Shown: positions 57,101 through 64,000 of the stretch, in pieces
Numbering within the stretch: the first letter of the stretch is position 1
How the letters are laid out: every line of letters starts with the position of its first letter
Source: Candidatus Rariloculaceae bacterium
GTDB taxonomy: Bacteria > Pseudomonadota > Gammaproteobacteria > Steroidobacterales > Rariloculaceae
Assembly: GCA_965237785.1 (NCBI GenBank)
Contig: OZ250159.1
Span: 519,989 to 583,988 of the forward strand
DNA: 64,000 nucleotides
Reading direction: 5' to 3'
Program-made: the position numbers and the translations under genes
The notes under the pieces: model-generated
Database searches by the model: none
Told to the model about the DNA's origin: nothing
The model's input: the letters and a program-made list of their open reading frames with translations, nothing else

Positions 57101-57358
57101 GATACCCTCGATGTCTTGAATCGCCTCCTCGATCTTGATGACGACGCCTTCCTCGACTTCCAGTGGCGCCGCGCCCAGGTAGGGCACGCGTATCTGAACC
57201 AGGTTCAGCTCGAAGTCCGGTGTGGTCTGTTTTCGAATCGAAAACGCCGACACGACGCCGAACGCGATGATCAGCAGCATGAGCAGATTTGCAGCCACGT
57301 GGTTGCTGGCAAACCAGGCAATGATGCCCGATTCCGTGCTTCGATTACGTGGTTTCAA
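54140..57358 (-). CDS. RND efflux transporter, inner-membrane permease (AcrB/AcrD/AcrF family)
   Basis: 1072 aa with 12-TM RND architecture. The N-terminus GIIAWFASNHVAANLLMLLIIAFG and the segment VVDDAIVIAESV are typical. It has an ATGA overlap with the adaptor gene. Confidence 0.92.
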   Translation of the reverse strand: MKPRNRSTESGIIAWFASNHVAANLLMLLIIAFGVVSAFSIRKQTTPDFELNLVQIRVPYLGAAPLEVEEGVVIKIEEAIQDIEGIVEINSVALEGSGSVTAEIAIGEDINEILGEIKTRVDAISTFPALTEKPVIYKQEVPLHIVFISIYGNLDEFARKQIAQEVRDELMTIPAVNQVQILGDRDYEISIEVSEHVLRQYGLTMSEISQAIRNSSIDMPGGAIRTEGGDILLRTEGQAYTGSEFSDLVLRTYPDGTRLTVGDIASIEDGFVESNGYGRFNGQPTAIMRVLAGGAQDELATAAAVQEYIEEKSASLPAGVTMESWVDRAWYLQGRLDMMTKNMIQGALLVGLILSLFLRMKVAGWVMVGIPITFFGALWLMPHGPWPVTINFISLFGFILVLGIVVDDAIVIAESVYTEIRAKGHTLDHVVRGANKVAVPATFGVLTTMAAFAPMLFVGGIVGPFFEAMSVVVILCLMFSLVESKLILPAHLVHANIKPVDENDLFNPRREVGRWEKFPRFFQKIQRRTQHGLHSLIHRRYAPLLEKALDNRGLTFTLFAAVLILTIGVMNSGIVRVVLFPDVPGDFIQVEMAMQNGTAPEVRDVALERVENAALEINAEYIDANPQSVDPIDHVGVFTQGDIGGVVFAEIYKGEDRPMQADEIIGLWREKVGEIAGMKELTFSGGDNVGGSAALGFKFSGSNYATLERVAEELEEKLSQYNGVFDIRNSASAGGQEIQLDIKPEAEALGLTLSSLGRQVRQAFYGEEAQRIQRGKDELKVMVRYPLEDRRSIADLENMRIRTPAGDEVPFYSVAELSFNRAYSSITRQNRQRTITVSADIDPELVEPGEIREEIQDDYIPDLLSRYPGVNFALEGASLEEQAFIQNITVASVAALFLIYALIAIPLHSYTQPLIIMSIIPFGLIGAVIGHIVMGKAISMISLFGLIALTGVVVNDSLIMVDFINKARQSGVPIKQAVVQSGTRRFRAIMLTSITTAVGLLPIMLETSLQAEFVIPMAISMSFGIVFATVITLFLIPSLYLLADDFGVLMRNSINLLLGRDADAPDEAAQTP

Positions 57359-58563
57359 TGAGCTGTGCCGGTCGCCGAAGGACTACTTGCGGGCGTTGCC
57401 GGGCGCAAGTTTTCGGCTGCCGCGTCGCCCGAATCGCCACTGGTGCGTACCCTCATGCCATTGATCGGCGATTCGATCGCCGTGAGGCTGATTCGGTCGC
57501 CGGGCCGGGCGCCGCCGCGCAGGTAGGCGTATTCCGCATCCGCTCTCAATACGTCGACCGTGCCGATCCTGAGGCGACTGTCTTCGTCAACGAACAGTAG
57601 CTGATTGTTGCCTCGCAGCGACGAGCGTGGCACCCGGATCACATTCTGTACTGTCGTCCCCTCGATGCTCGCAGCGACAAAGGTGCCCATCGGCAGAGGT
57701 GATCGGGCTTCCGATCCGGTGCTCCGCCTGTAGGGATCTTCAATTCGCGCAACGGCGTAGGTGACGCGATTTGTCTCGTCGACCACACCCTCGGTACGGA
57801 CGATCCGCGCCGGCCAGTGGGCGATGTCGCCGCGCTGCACGGCGGAAAGATCGACAAGCGGCCCGCCGGCTGTGGCTGCGCTGCCCGTGGCTGCGCTGCC
57901 CGCGGCGGGAAGTTCGACGAACGCCAGGTCCTGATCGGTCAACGGCAAGCGAACCTCCGCATGGTCCGTCGCAAACGTGACGCCCAGGCGCGTGCCTGTA
58001 TTGACGTATTGACCGAGGTCGGTCTCCTTGGATCGCACCATGCCATCGTAGGGCAGGCGGATGACCGTTCTTTCGAGATTGCGATTCGCCTTGACCAGGT
58101 CGGCTTTGGCCGAGGCGAGTGCGGCGCCGGCGGAGGCCCATTCAGACTCGGCCCGATACCCCTCGTTCCTGAGTTGCTCGGCGCCATCGAATTCGATCTG
58201 CCGCTGTTTCAGCAAGGCCACTGCCTGATCGACGGCGACGTCGTAGTTCGTCGGGTCGATGCGCATGAGTTCCTCGCCCTTCGCAAAAACTCCGCCGGCC
58301 ACGAATTTCGGCGATATCTGGACGATAGCGCCCGAAACCTCGGCACTCAGGACCGTTTCCGTCAGCGGCCTGACCGTACCCTGGCTGCGAACCAGGAAAC
58401 TCGCCGTCATCTGCTCCAGCTGCAATACGTCGACCAGCAATTCGGTGTCAACGGCGGCCCGGGTTTCCGGGGATGGTTTCAGCGCGTACATGCCGGCCGC
58501 CGCGCCGACGGAGACGGCGAAGATCGCCACGATCAGGAAGGCCCGCTTTACCTTTCGTTGCAT
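57355..58563 (-). CDS. RND efflux periplasmic adaptor (membrane fusion protein)
   Basis: ATG at 58563 (MQRKVKRAFLIVAIFAVSV) with a single N-terminal TM. It has a coiled-coil hairpin (ALLKQRQIEFDGAEQLRNEG...AKADLVKANRNLERTVIRLPYDGMV) and beta-barrel domains. Confidence 0.88.
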   Translation of the reverse strand: MQRKVKRAFLIVAIFAVSVGAAAGMYALKPSPETRAAVDTELLVDVLQLEQMTASFLVRSQGTVRPLTETVLSAEVSGAIVQISPKFVAGGVFAKGEELMRIDPTNYDVAVDQAVALLKQRQIEFDGAEQLRNEGYRAESEWASAGAALASAKADLVKANRNLERTVIRLPYDGMVRSKETDLGQYVNTGTRLGVTFATDHAEVRLPLTDQDLAFVELPAAGSAATGSAATAGGPLVDLSAVQRGDIAHWPARIVRTEGVVDETNRVTYAVARIEDPYRRSTGSEARSPLPMGTFVAASIEGTTVQNVIRVPRSSLRGNNQLLFVDEDSRLRIGTVDVLRADAEYAYLRGGARPGDRISLTAIESPINGMRVRTSGDSGDAAAENLRPATPASSPSATGTAH

Positions 58564-58742
58564 GCACCGATACCCGTGGGTCGATCTTGTATGTGCTTTT
58601 GAACCCTGCTGGTCTGACTGGCGCAAATCCAGAAAGTTTCCGCCGCTACTATATAGCTACGGCGGCCGGGGTGCTTATCGGCGTAGAATTTTGGCCCCTG
58701 TGCCTCACGAACGATCGAATACTCGGCACGCCGATGCTGGAA

Positions 58743-58800
58743 CTGCGGGAAATTTGTAGCTGCGGGAAATTTGTAACTGTAGGAAATTTGTAACTGTCAG
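58743..58800. repeat. About 3.5 tandem copies of a 17-bp unit (CTGYRGGAAATTTGTAR) in the divergent region between the RND operon and 58803
   Basis: The copies are ctgcgggaaatttgtag (58743), ctgcgggaaatttgtaa (58760), ctgtaggaaatttgtaa (58777) and the partial ctgtcag. Confidence 0.85.
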
Positions 58801-58802
58801 AC

Positions 58803-59396
58803 ATGCGGGCTAAGGGATTAATTGTCCTCGTGCGGCGATTTGCCGATGCGTTACGCGATTTGGCGCCCATCATCCTGGTCATTGCGTTCTTCCAGGTCGT
58901 CGTGATCCAGCAGCCCTTTCCGAACCTCGCAGGCGTGACGTTGGGGCTCGTATGCGTTGTCGCCGGTCTGGCGCTGTTCATTCAGGGGCTGGAGCAGGGC
59001 TTGTTCCCACTGGGCGAGGCGATCGCCCACGCCTTCGTGAACAAGGGCAGCGTGGTGGCGTTGCTGGCGTTTGCCTTTTGTCTCGGATTCGGAACCACCG
59101 TGGCCGAACCCGCCCTGTTCGCGGTCGGCGACAAGGCCGCGGAGGTTGCGCGCTGGCTCGTAACGCGCAAAGTATCGATGGTTGGGGGTGATTCGTGCTG
59201 CGTGCAGATTATGCCGCCGGTTTCGTCGGACAACGTACATCACATTCTATTCTTTCAGGAAGGCATCCCGCTTTTGGAGAATATGGAGTTGAAGGACGTG
59301 GCCCGCGAGCAGGCATACGAGTTTCTCTTTCTGAATCTGACTTTACGGATCAAGGGCGCGACTGGTTCGCCGACCCGCCCCGTTGCGGTTCTCTGA
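58803..59396 (+). pseudogene. DUF1538-family membrane protein N-terminal third fused to unrelated C-terminal sequence
   Basis: The first about 115 aa ([18 protein letters not shown]...[21 protein letters not shown]...[15 protein letters not shown]) match my recollection of DUF1538. The remainder (...[52 protein letters not shown]) does not, and it looks like the tail of another protein. Confidence 0.55.
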
Positions 59397-59590
59397 AACG
59401 ACCGCGCTGACGTTGACCCTCGGCAATCACTGCATCTTGGCCGACGTCGAGCGGGACACCACAGCGGATCCCGCTCCGGGCGAAGCGCTGTCGGCAAAAG
59501 AATGAGTCAGGACCGCGCCAACTCGCTCCCCGGTCAGTTTGTCGATCGCGAACAGGTGCGGGGTTCCGTCGGTTCAGTACCTGAATCGAT

Positions 59591-59619
59591 TTGACAAGAC
59601 ACAGCCGAAGATCGAGGAT
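59591..59619 (+). promoter_or_regulatory. Weak candidate sigma70 promoter upstream of the oxidoreductase genes (TTGACA - 17 nt - GAGGAT)
   Basis: There is a perfect -35 at 59591-59596 and a poor -10 at 59614-59619. It lies 39 nt upstream of the ATG at 59658. Pattern match only. Confidence 0.2.
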
Positions 59620-59657
59620 CCAAGGTCCCTTCCTGTCTGGACAGAAGGAGTCTCTTG

Positions 59658-60131
59658 ATGGCCCGATTCTCACTGATCGTGAATGGCCGCACCCGCGTCG
59701 TTGACGTCGCCCCCGCCACGCCGCTCCTCTACGTTTTGCGAAACGATCTGGAACTGAAGGGTCCCAGGTTCGGTTGCGGGCTGGCCCAGTGCGGCGCGTG
59801 CAGCGTCATCATGAATGGCAACTCGATCCGCTCCTGCATCACACCGGTGAACGCGGCTCAGAACCGAAGTGTAACCACGCTTGAGGGGCTGGGCAGCGTC
59901 GCCGAGCCACACCCGCTGCAAGCCGCGTTCATCGAGGAACAGGCCGCGCAGTGCGGGTATTGCATGAACGGCATGATTATCAACGCCAAGGTGCTGCTGG
60001 ACAGTAATCCCGATCCCAGCGATGACGATATCAAGCAGGCGCTGGACCCGATACTGTGCCGGTGCGGCTCGCACCTGCGGGTCATTCGCGCCATCAAGCG
60101 GGCAGCGGCCGGTAACACGGCGACGGCGTAG
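59658..60131 (+). CDS. (2Fe-2S)-binding small subunit of a molybdopterin oxidoreductase (IorA/aldehyde dehydrogenase small-subunit type)
   Basis: aaggag RBS with ATG at 59658. The cluster motifs are GCGLAQCGACSVIMNG and QCGYCMNGMI...CRCGSH. Confidence 0.9.
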   Translation: MARFSLIVNGRTRVVDVAPATPLLYVLRNDLELKGPRFGCGLAQCGACSVIMNGNSIRSCITPVNAAQNRSVTTLEGLGSVAEPHPLQAAFIEEQAAQCGYCMNGMIINAKVLLDSNPDPSDDDIKQALDPILCRCGSHLRVIRAIKRAAAGNTATA

Positions 60132-60141
60132 GGGGGCGGGC

Positions 60142-62466
60142 ATGGACACGACAACCATTTCCCGAAGAGGGCTGTTGAAAGGCGGCGGGGCGCTGGTCGT
60201 GAGCTTCAGCGTCGGCCCGGTGCCGCGCAGCCTTGCCCAGACCGGCGATATTCCGGAAACGAGACCATTCGCCGCTGAGAATTCGGATCTGGGCACGTTT
60301 ATGCCCGAACCCGGCGACTATCTGGACCCACGGGAGCTCGACTCGTGGCTGGCCGTCACGGAGGACGGTGACGTCGCCATGTTCACGGGCAAGGTGGATA
60401 TCACCGGTACTCGGACGGCGCTTGCACAGATCGTCGCCGAGGAGCTGGACGTAGCATTCGACCAAGTGACCATGGTGATGGGCGAAACAACCCGAACGGT
60501 CGATCAGGGGCGCACCGTTGGCAGCAGCACCATTCCTCGAGCGGGGCGCCAGTTGCGACAGGCCGCGGCGGCGGCTCGGCAGGAGTTGTTGACGATGGCC
60601 TCCGCCCGCCTGGACGCGCCCGTGGAGAGACTGACCGTTACCGAAGGTGTGGTAGGCGTCGCGGGTGACTCCGCAAGACGTGTGTCTTACGGCGAGCTCA
60701 TTGGCGGTCGGCGTTTCGATGTGCGGATAACGGCTTCGGGATACCAGCGGGGCCTGGAAGTGGCACCCGAGGTCCAACCCAAGGACTACCGCGATTACAA
60801 GATCGTCGGAACCTCGGTTCCCCGCGTCGACCTCCCGGCCAAGCTCACGGGGGAGTACGACTACGCGTGCGACGTTCGAGTACCGGGTATGCTGCATGGC
60901 CGCGCCGTGCGTCCGCACACCGCGATAGCCGAGCCGGCGAGCGTGGACGAGAGTTCCGTCGAGCACATCCCCGGCGTGGTTACCGTCGTTCGGGAGGGAA
61001 GCTTCGTCGGCGTGGTAGCAGAGACGGAATGGGCCGCGATCCAGGCGGCGCGGGACCTTAAGGTGACCTGGTCGACGGCACAGACACACATGCCGGCGGA
61101 TCGCGACGAAGTCGCCCGCTACCTGACCGAAACGCAACCGGTCAGGGAACGCACCAGGCCGGAGAACAAAGGGGACGTCGAGGCAGCGTTCTCCCGGGCT
61201 TCGAAAACGCTCGGAGCCGTTTACCATTGGCCGTTCCAGAACCACGGCATGATGTTGCCCTCGTGTGCGGTCGCGGACGTTCAGGGCGACAGAGCCACTA
61301 TCTGGACCCCCGCCCAGGGGCCGTTCACGACCCGGGATCGCGTCGCCATCATGATGAACGTGCCCAGGAAGAACGTCGACGTACGTTATGTGGAGGCGTC
61401 GGGCACGTACGGGCGACTGACGGCCGACGATGCGGCGGAAGACGCCGTGTTGCTTTCCCGTGCAGTCGGCCGGCCCGTGCGTGTGCAGTGGATGCGGGCT
61501 GACGAGCAGGTCTGGGATCCCAAGGGCGGGCAACACCTGACGCGCGTGCGCGCAGCGATCGATTCCGGCGGTAATGTCACCGCCTGGGATTACGAGAACC
61601 TCAGCATGCCGTGGACCGAATCGCAGGGCATGCCGCAACTGGCGGAGCGGCAAATCGGCATCGCGCCGACCTACTACGGAAATGCCAATGGCACCGGCGG
61701 CGCCGGGGCAATCTATGGCTTCGACAACATGAATATCAGGACCAAAACGATTCCCTGGATATTTGCGGAGCCCATGCCTTTGCGAACCGCTGCCCTGCGA
61801 TCCCCTGGACAGCCGCCCCGGGTCTTCGCCACGGAGTCTTTCATTGACGAGCTTGCCGCCGAGTTACGCATTGACCCGTTGCAGTTCCGGTTGAGCTATC
61901 TTCACGATCGCCGGATCAGCGAGGCGCTTCGTGCCGCGGCGGACAAGGCGGGATGGATCGAGCGGCCATCTCCCCTGCCCCCATCGGGTGAACGTATCGT
62001 TCACGGAAGAGGTATCGCCGTCGATCAGCGCGGCGGCAGCGTACCGGCGGCCGTCGCTGAGGTGGACGTGGACACGACGACAGGCGCAGTGACTGTCAGC
62101 CGAGTCACGATGGCCTACGACTGCGGCCTTATCATCAATCCGGATGGAGTGAGAAACCAGATCGAAGGGAACATCATCCAGGGCGTGAGCCGCACCTTGC
62201 TGGAAGAAGTGCGGTTCGATTCCAGTGGCGTGAAGAGCGTTGATTGGCTGAGCTATCCGGTTCTGAGATTCAAGGAGATTCCCGACGTTGAGATGGTCCT
62301 GATCAACCGCCCCGAGATGCCCGCGTTCGGCGCCGCCGAGACCCCTATCGTGGTGGTTCCGGCGGCAATCGCCAACGCCGTCTTCGACGCCACCGGCGTT
62401 CGCTACCGGGAGATCCCTCTCACGCCCGAGCGTATCCTGGCCGGACTTCAGGCGAGACGGGTGTAG
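60142..62466 (+). CDS. Molybdopterin-dependent oxidoreductase large subunit (IorB-like) with Tat signal
   Basis: ATG at 60142. The Tat motif is ISRRGLLKGGGALVV. The aldehyde oxidase/xanthine dehydrogenase-type domains include AQIVAEELDV and the C-terminal AAETPIVVVPAAIANAVFDATGVRYREIPLTPERI. Confidence 0.88.
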   Translation: MDTTTISRRGLLKGGGALVVSFSVGPVPRSLAQTGDIPETRPFAAENSDLGTFMPEPGDYLDPRELDSWLAVTEDGDVAMFTGKVDITGTRTALAQIVAEELDVAFDQVTMVMGETTRTVDQGRTVGSSTIPRAGRQLRQAAAAARQELLTMASARLDAPVERLTVTEGVVGVAGDSARRVSYGELIGGRRFDVRITASGYQRGLEVAPEVQPKDYRDYKIVGTSVPRVDLPAKLTGEYDYACDVRVPGMLHGRAVRPHTAIAEPASVDESSVEHIPGVVTVVREGSFVGVVAETEWAAIQAARDLKVTWSTAQTHMPADRDEVARYLTETQPVRERTRPENKGDVEAAFSRASKTLGAVYHWPFQNHGMMLPSCAVADVQGDRATIWTPAQGPFTTRDRVAIMMNVPRKNVDVRYVEASGTYGRLTADDAAEDAVLLSRAVGRPVRVQWMRADEQVWDPKGGQHLTRVRAAIDSGGNVTAWDYENLSMPWTESQGMPQLAERQIGIAPTYYGNANGTGGAGAIYGFDNMNIRTKTIPWIFAEPMPLRTAALRSPGQPPRVFATESFIDELAAELRIDPLQFRLSYLHDRRISEALRAAADKAGWIERPSPLPPSGERIVHGRGIAVDQRGGSVPAAVAEVDVDTTTGAVTVSRVTMAYDCGLIINPDGVRNQIEGNIIQGVSRTLLEEVRFDSSGVKSVDWLSYPVLRFKEIPDVEMVLINRPEMPAFGAAETPIVVVPAAIANAVFDATGVRYREIPLTPERILAGLQARRV

Positions 62467-62478
62467 AGAGAGGGTGAC

Positions 62479-63411
62479 ATGGACCTGATCGGTCGTTTTT
62501 TCGTACTGATTGCTCTAGCAATTTCTGGTTCGCTTGGCTCTGTGTTTGCACATCACTCACATGGCAACTACCAAATCGGTCAGGAAATTCAGGTCCAGGG
62601 TGTGGTGACTGAATTCCATTTCGCCAATCCCCATGTCTGGGTATTTGTGGATGTCGAAAATGAAATAGGTGAAACCGAGGATTGGGCACTGGAAGGCGGG
62701 GGAGCCGCTTCATTCAGGAATGCTGGATGGGATGGCATAGCAGCGGGAGACAAGCTTACAGTCACGTGCACCCCAACTCGTGACGGCGACAACGGCTGCT
62801 TTATTACCGACCTGGAGATTAACGCCTCGAACCCGGCAATGGATGGAGTTTCCAGCTGGACAAATATTGCCTATCCCGATCAGCTATTCAGTGCCAACTT
62901 TCCGAGTGAACCCACGATCGGCAAGGCGCCTTACCTTTCAGAATACGGTGGCACCTTTCCCTCGACCATTTATGAAGCGCAAGAGGGCGATAACTATTAT
63001 TCGGTGACCGTGGTGGATTTCTCCGAGGCCAAAAATATCTATCTGCAGTTGGCTGAAGAGATCAATGTTGCCGGAGCCCACAATTTTTGGCTCTACGATC
63101 AAATGGGTGCAATTTCGTATGCGGCGCAGCAGTTTCGTTTACGCGGTGGCGAAGTCACCTATGATGCCTGGCACCATGTGGACTTTATTGGCGGGCACCA
63201 GCTTTTCCTGACTAACCCGGATCAAACCCGCACTTACGCGGGTATTTACAGGCATGCAGATCGGCTCTATATCCTGGAGGCAACGGTAACAGCGGATGCT
63301 CCGCCTCAAGGAGTGTTTCAGCAGTCTCTGACGATTCTGGATGAAGAGAGCAAGCGGATTCGCTACGACCTGCAGCCGGATCATGCAAGAGTGCGGGTTG
63401 AGGTTGATTGA
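62479..63411 (+). CDS. Secreted two-domain protein: DUF6152-like N-domain plus a C-domain shared with the 26558..26782 fragment
   Basis: It has a signal peptide. The N-domain is AHHSHGNYQIGQEIQVQGVVTEFHFANPHVWVFVD...AGWDGIAAGDKLTVTCTPTRDG. The C-domain contains YLSEYGGTFPSTIYEAQEGDNYYSVTVVDFSEA. Confidence 0.75.
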   Translation: MDLIGRFFVLIALAISGSLGSVFAHHSHGNYQIGQEIQVQGVVTEFHFANPHVWVFVDVENEIGETEDWALEGGGAASFRNAGWDGIAAGDKLTVTCTPTRDGDNGCFITDLEINASNPAMDGVSSWTNIAYPDQLFSANFPSEPTIGKAPYLSEYGGTFPSTIYEAQEGDNYYSVTVVDFSEAKNIYLQLAEEINVAGAHNFWLYDQMGAISYAAQQFRLRGGEVTYDAWHHVDFIGGHQLFLTNPDQTRTYAGIYRHADRLYILEATVTADAPPQGVFQQSLTILDEESKRIRYDLQPDHARVRVEVD

Positions 63412-63704
63412 TATCCCGTTCAATCAATAACTCTATCTTCTTACCAGCGATCAACAGGTAGCCGTCATTCCGCGACCCATGTAATTGGACGACTCGATCT
63501 CATCGATGATGGCCACGGCCAGGTCTTCCATCGAGACCGCGTGCCCAATCATGCTCATCGTGACTCCGCCGGGGTGAACGTCCAACCCCACGTACGCGCT
63601 ATACTCCGTCATGGCCTGCCCTCCTCAATGTGGCTGTGTGTCAAGGTCCTGACCTCAAACATAACCCACGTCGTTTGAGGCTGGGGCAGGTCAATCCATG
63701 ATGT

Positions 63705-64000
63705 CTAGGGATAGCCTCCCGCCACCTCCAAATCCGCCCTTCCGAACAACCCACCCGTCGCATCCAGGAACCGGGACCGCGCCAGCTCCATGTACTCCCA
63801 GTCAACCTCCACCCCCACGCTGTCCCTCCCCGTCCGCGCTGCCGCCACCGAGGTGGTCCCCGTTCCGAGGAAAGGGTCGAGCACGGTGTCGCCCACGAAG
63901 GAGAACATCCGTATCAGGCGCGTGGCGAGCTCCAGCGGATACGGTGCCGGATGCTCACGCGTGGACGCACCTGGAATTGTCCAGATCTGCCGGAACCACG
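63705..64000 (-). CDS. DNA N4/N6-methyltransferase (beta-class motif order), 5' end outside the window
   Basis: Hand translation upstream of the track ORF reads ...EHPAPYPLELATRLIRMFSFVGDTVLDPFLGTGTTSVAAARTGRDSVGVEVD. The catalytic (D/H)PPY-like motif precedes the FxGxG SAM motif. No adjacent restriction gene is visible in the window. Confidence 0.8.
   Translation of the reverse strand, partial: WFRQIWTIPGASTREHPAPYPLELATRLIRMFSFVGDTVLDPFLGTGTTSVAAARTGRDSVGVEVDWEYMELARSRFLDATGGLFGRADLEVAGGYP

Noticed and set aside
39974-62000. Numerous 100-880-aa ORFs antisense to or out of frame with ileS, the A2M gene, the RND gene and iorB (for example 49040..51673, 54131..55921, 60094..61653, 41296..42183)
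   Set aside because: Each lies inside a gene whose annotated frame has unmistakable family motifs. Their own translations are compositionally biased and lack motifs.

Overview
This window is 64 kb of a GC-rich proteobacterial chromosome. The gene order ispB / rplU-rpmA-obg / rpsT / murJ-ribF-ileS-lspA is the classical gammaproteobacterial arrangement. (1) 1-16.3 kb, minus strand: one giant secreted adhesin gene. Its distal part is a tandem array of 13 near-identical units of about 0.83 kb that runs off the left edge, and a 2.6-kb stretch of the array carries many small indels. (2) 16.8-26.9 kb is a mosaic accessory zone. It holds a very GC-rich cassette of two paralogous Cre-like tyrosine recombinases flanking a MalT-type ATPase-LuxR regulator. 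It also holds a 1733-bp IS with 21-bp terminal inverted repeats inserted into the 3' end of a pentapeptide-repeat/FRG-domain gene, a toxin-antitoxin remnant, a truncated maf and another gene fragment. (3) Next comes a block of sulfotransferase, DUF1244, a degenerate frameshifted arylsulfatase, nitroreductase and methyltransferase. (4) The housekeeping block follows. (5) On the right are an RND pump pair, an alpha-2-macroglobulin/PBP1C operon, an IorAB-like molybdo-oxidoreductase and a partial DNA methyltransferase. I found no rRNA, tRNA or CRISPR. Three themes recur: gene skeletons with large internal deletions, single-base frameshifts in otherwise conserved genes (obg, sulfatase), and short tandem repeats in several intergenic regions. 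Nothing here can be claimed as a proven new system. The best follow-up candidates are the recombinase-regulator cassette beside the adhesin promoter and the pentapeptide-FRG gene.
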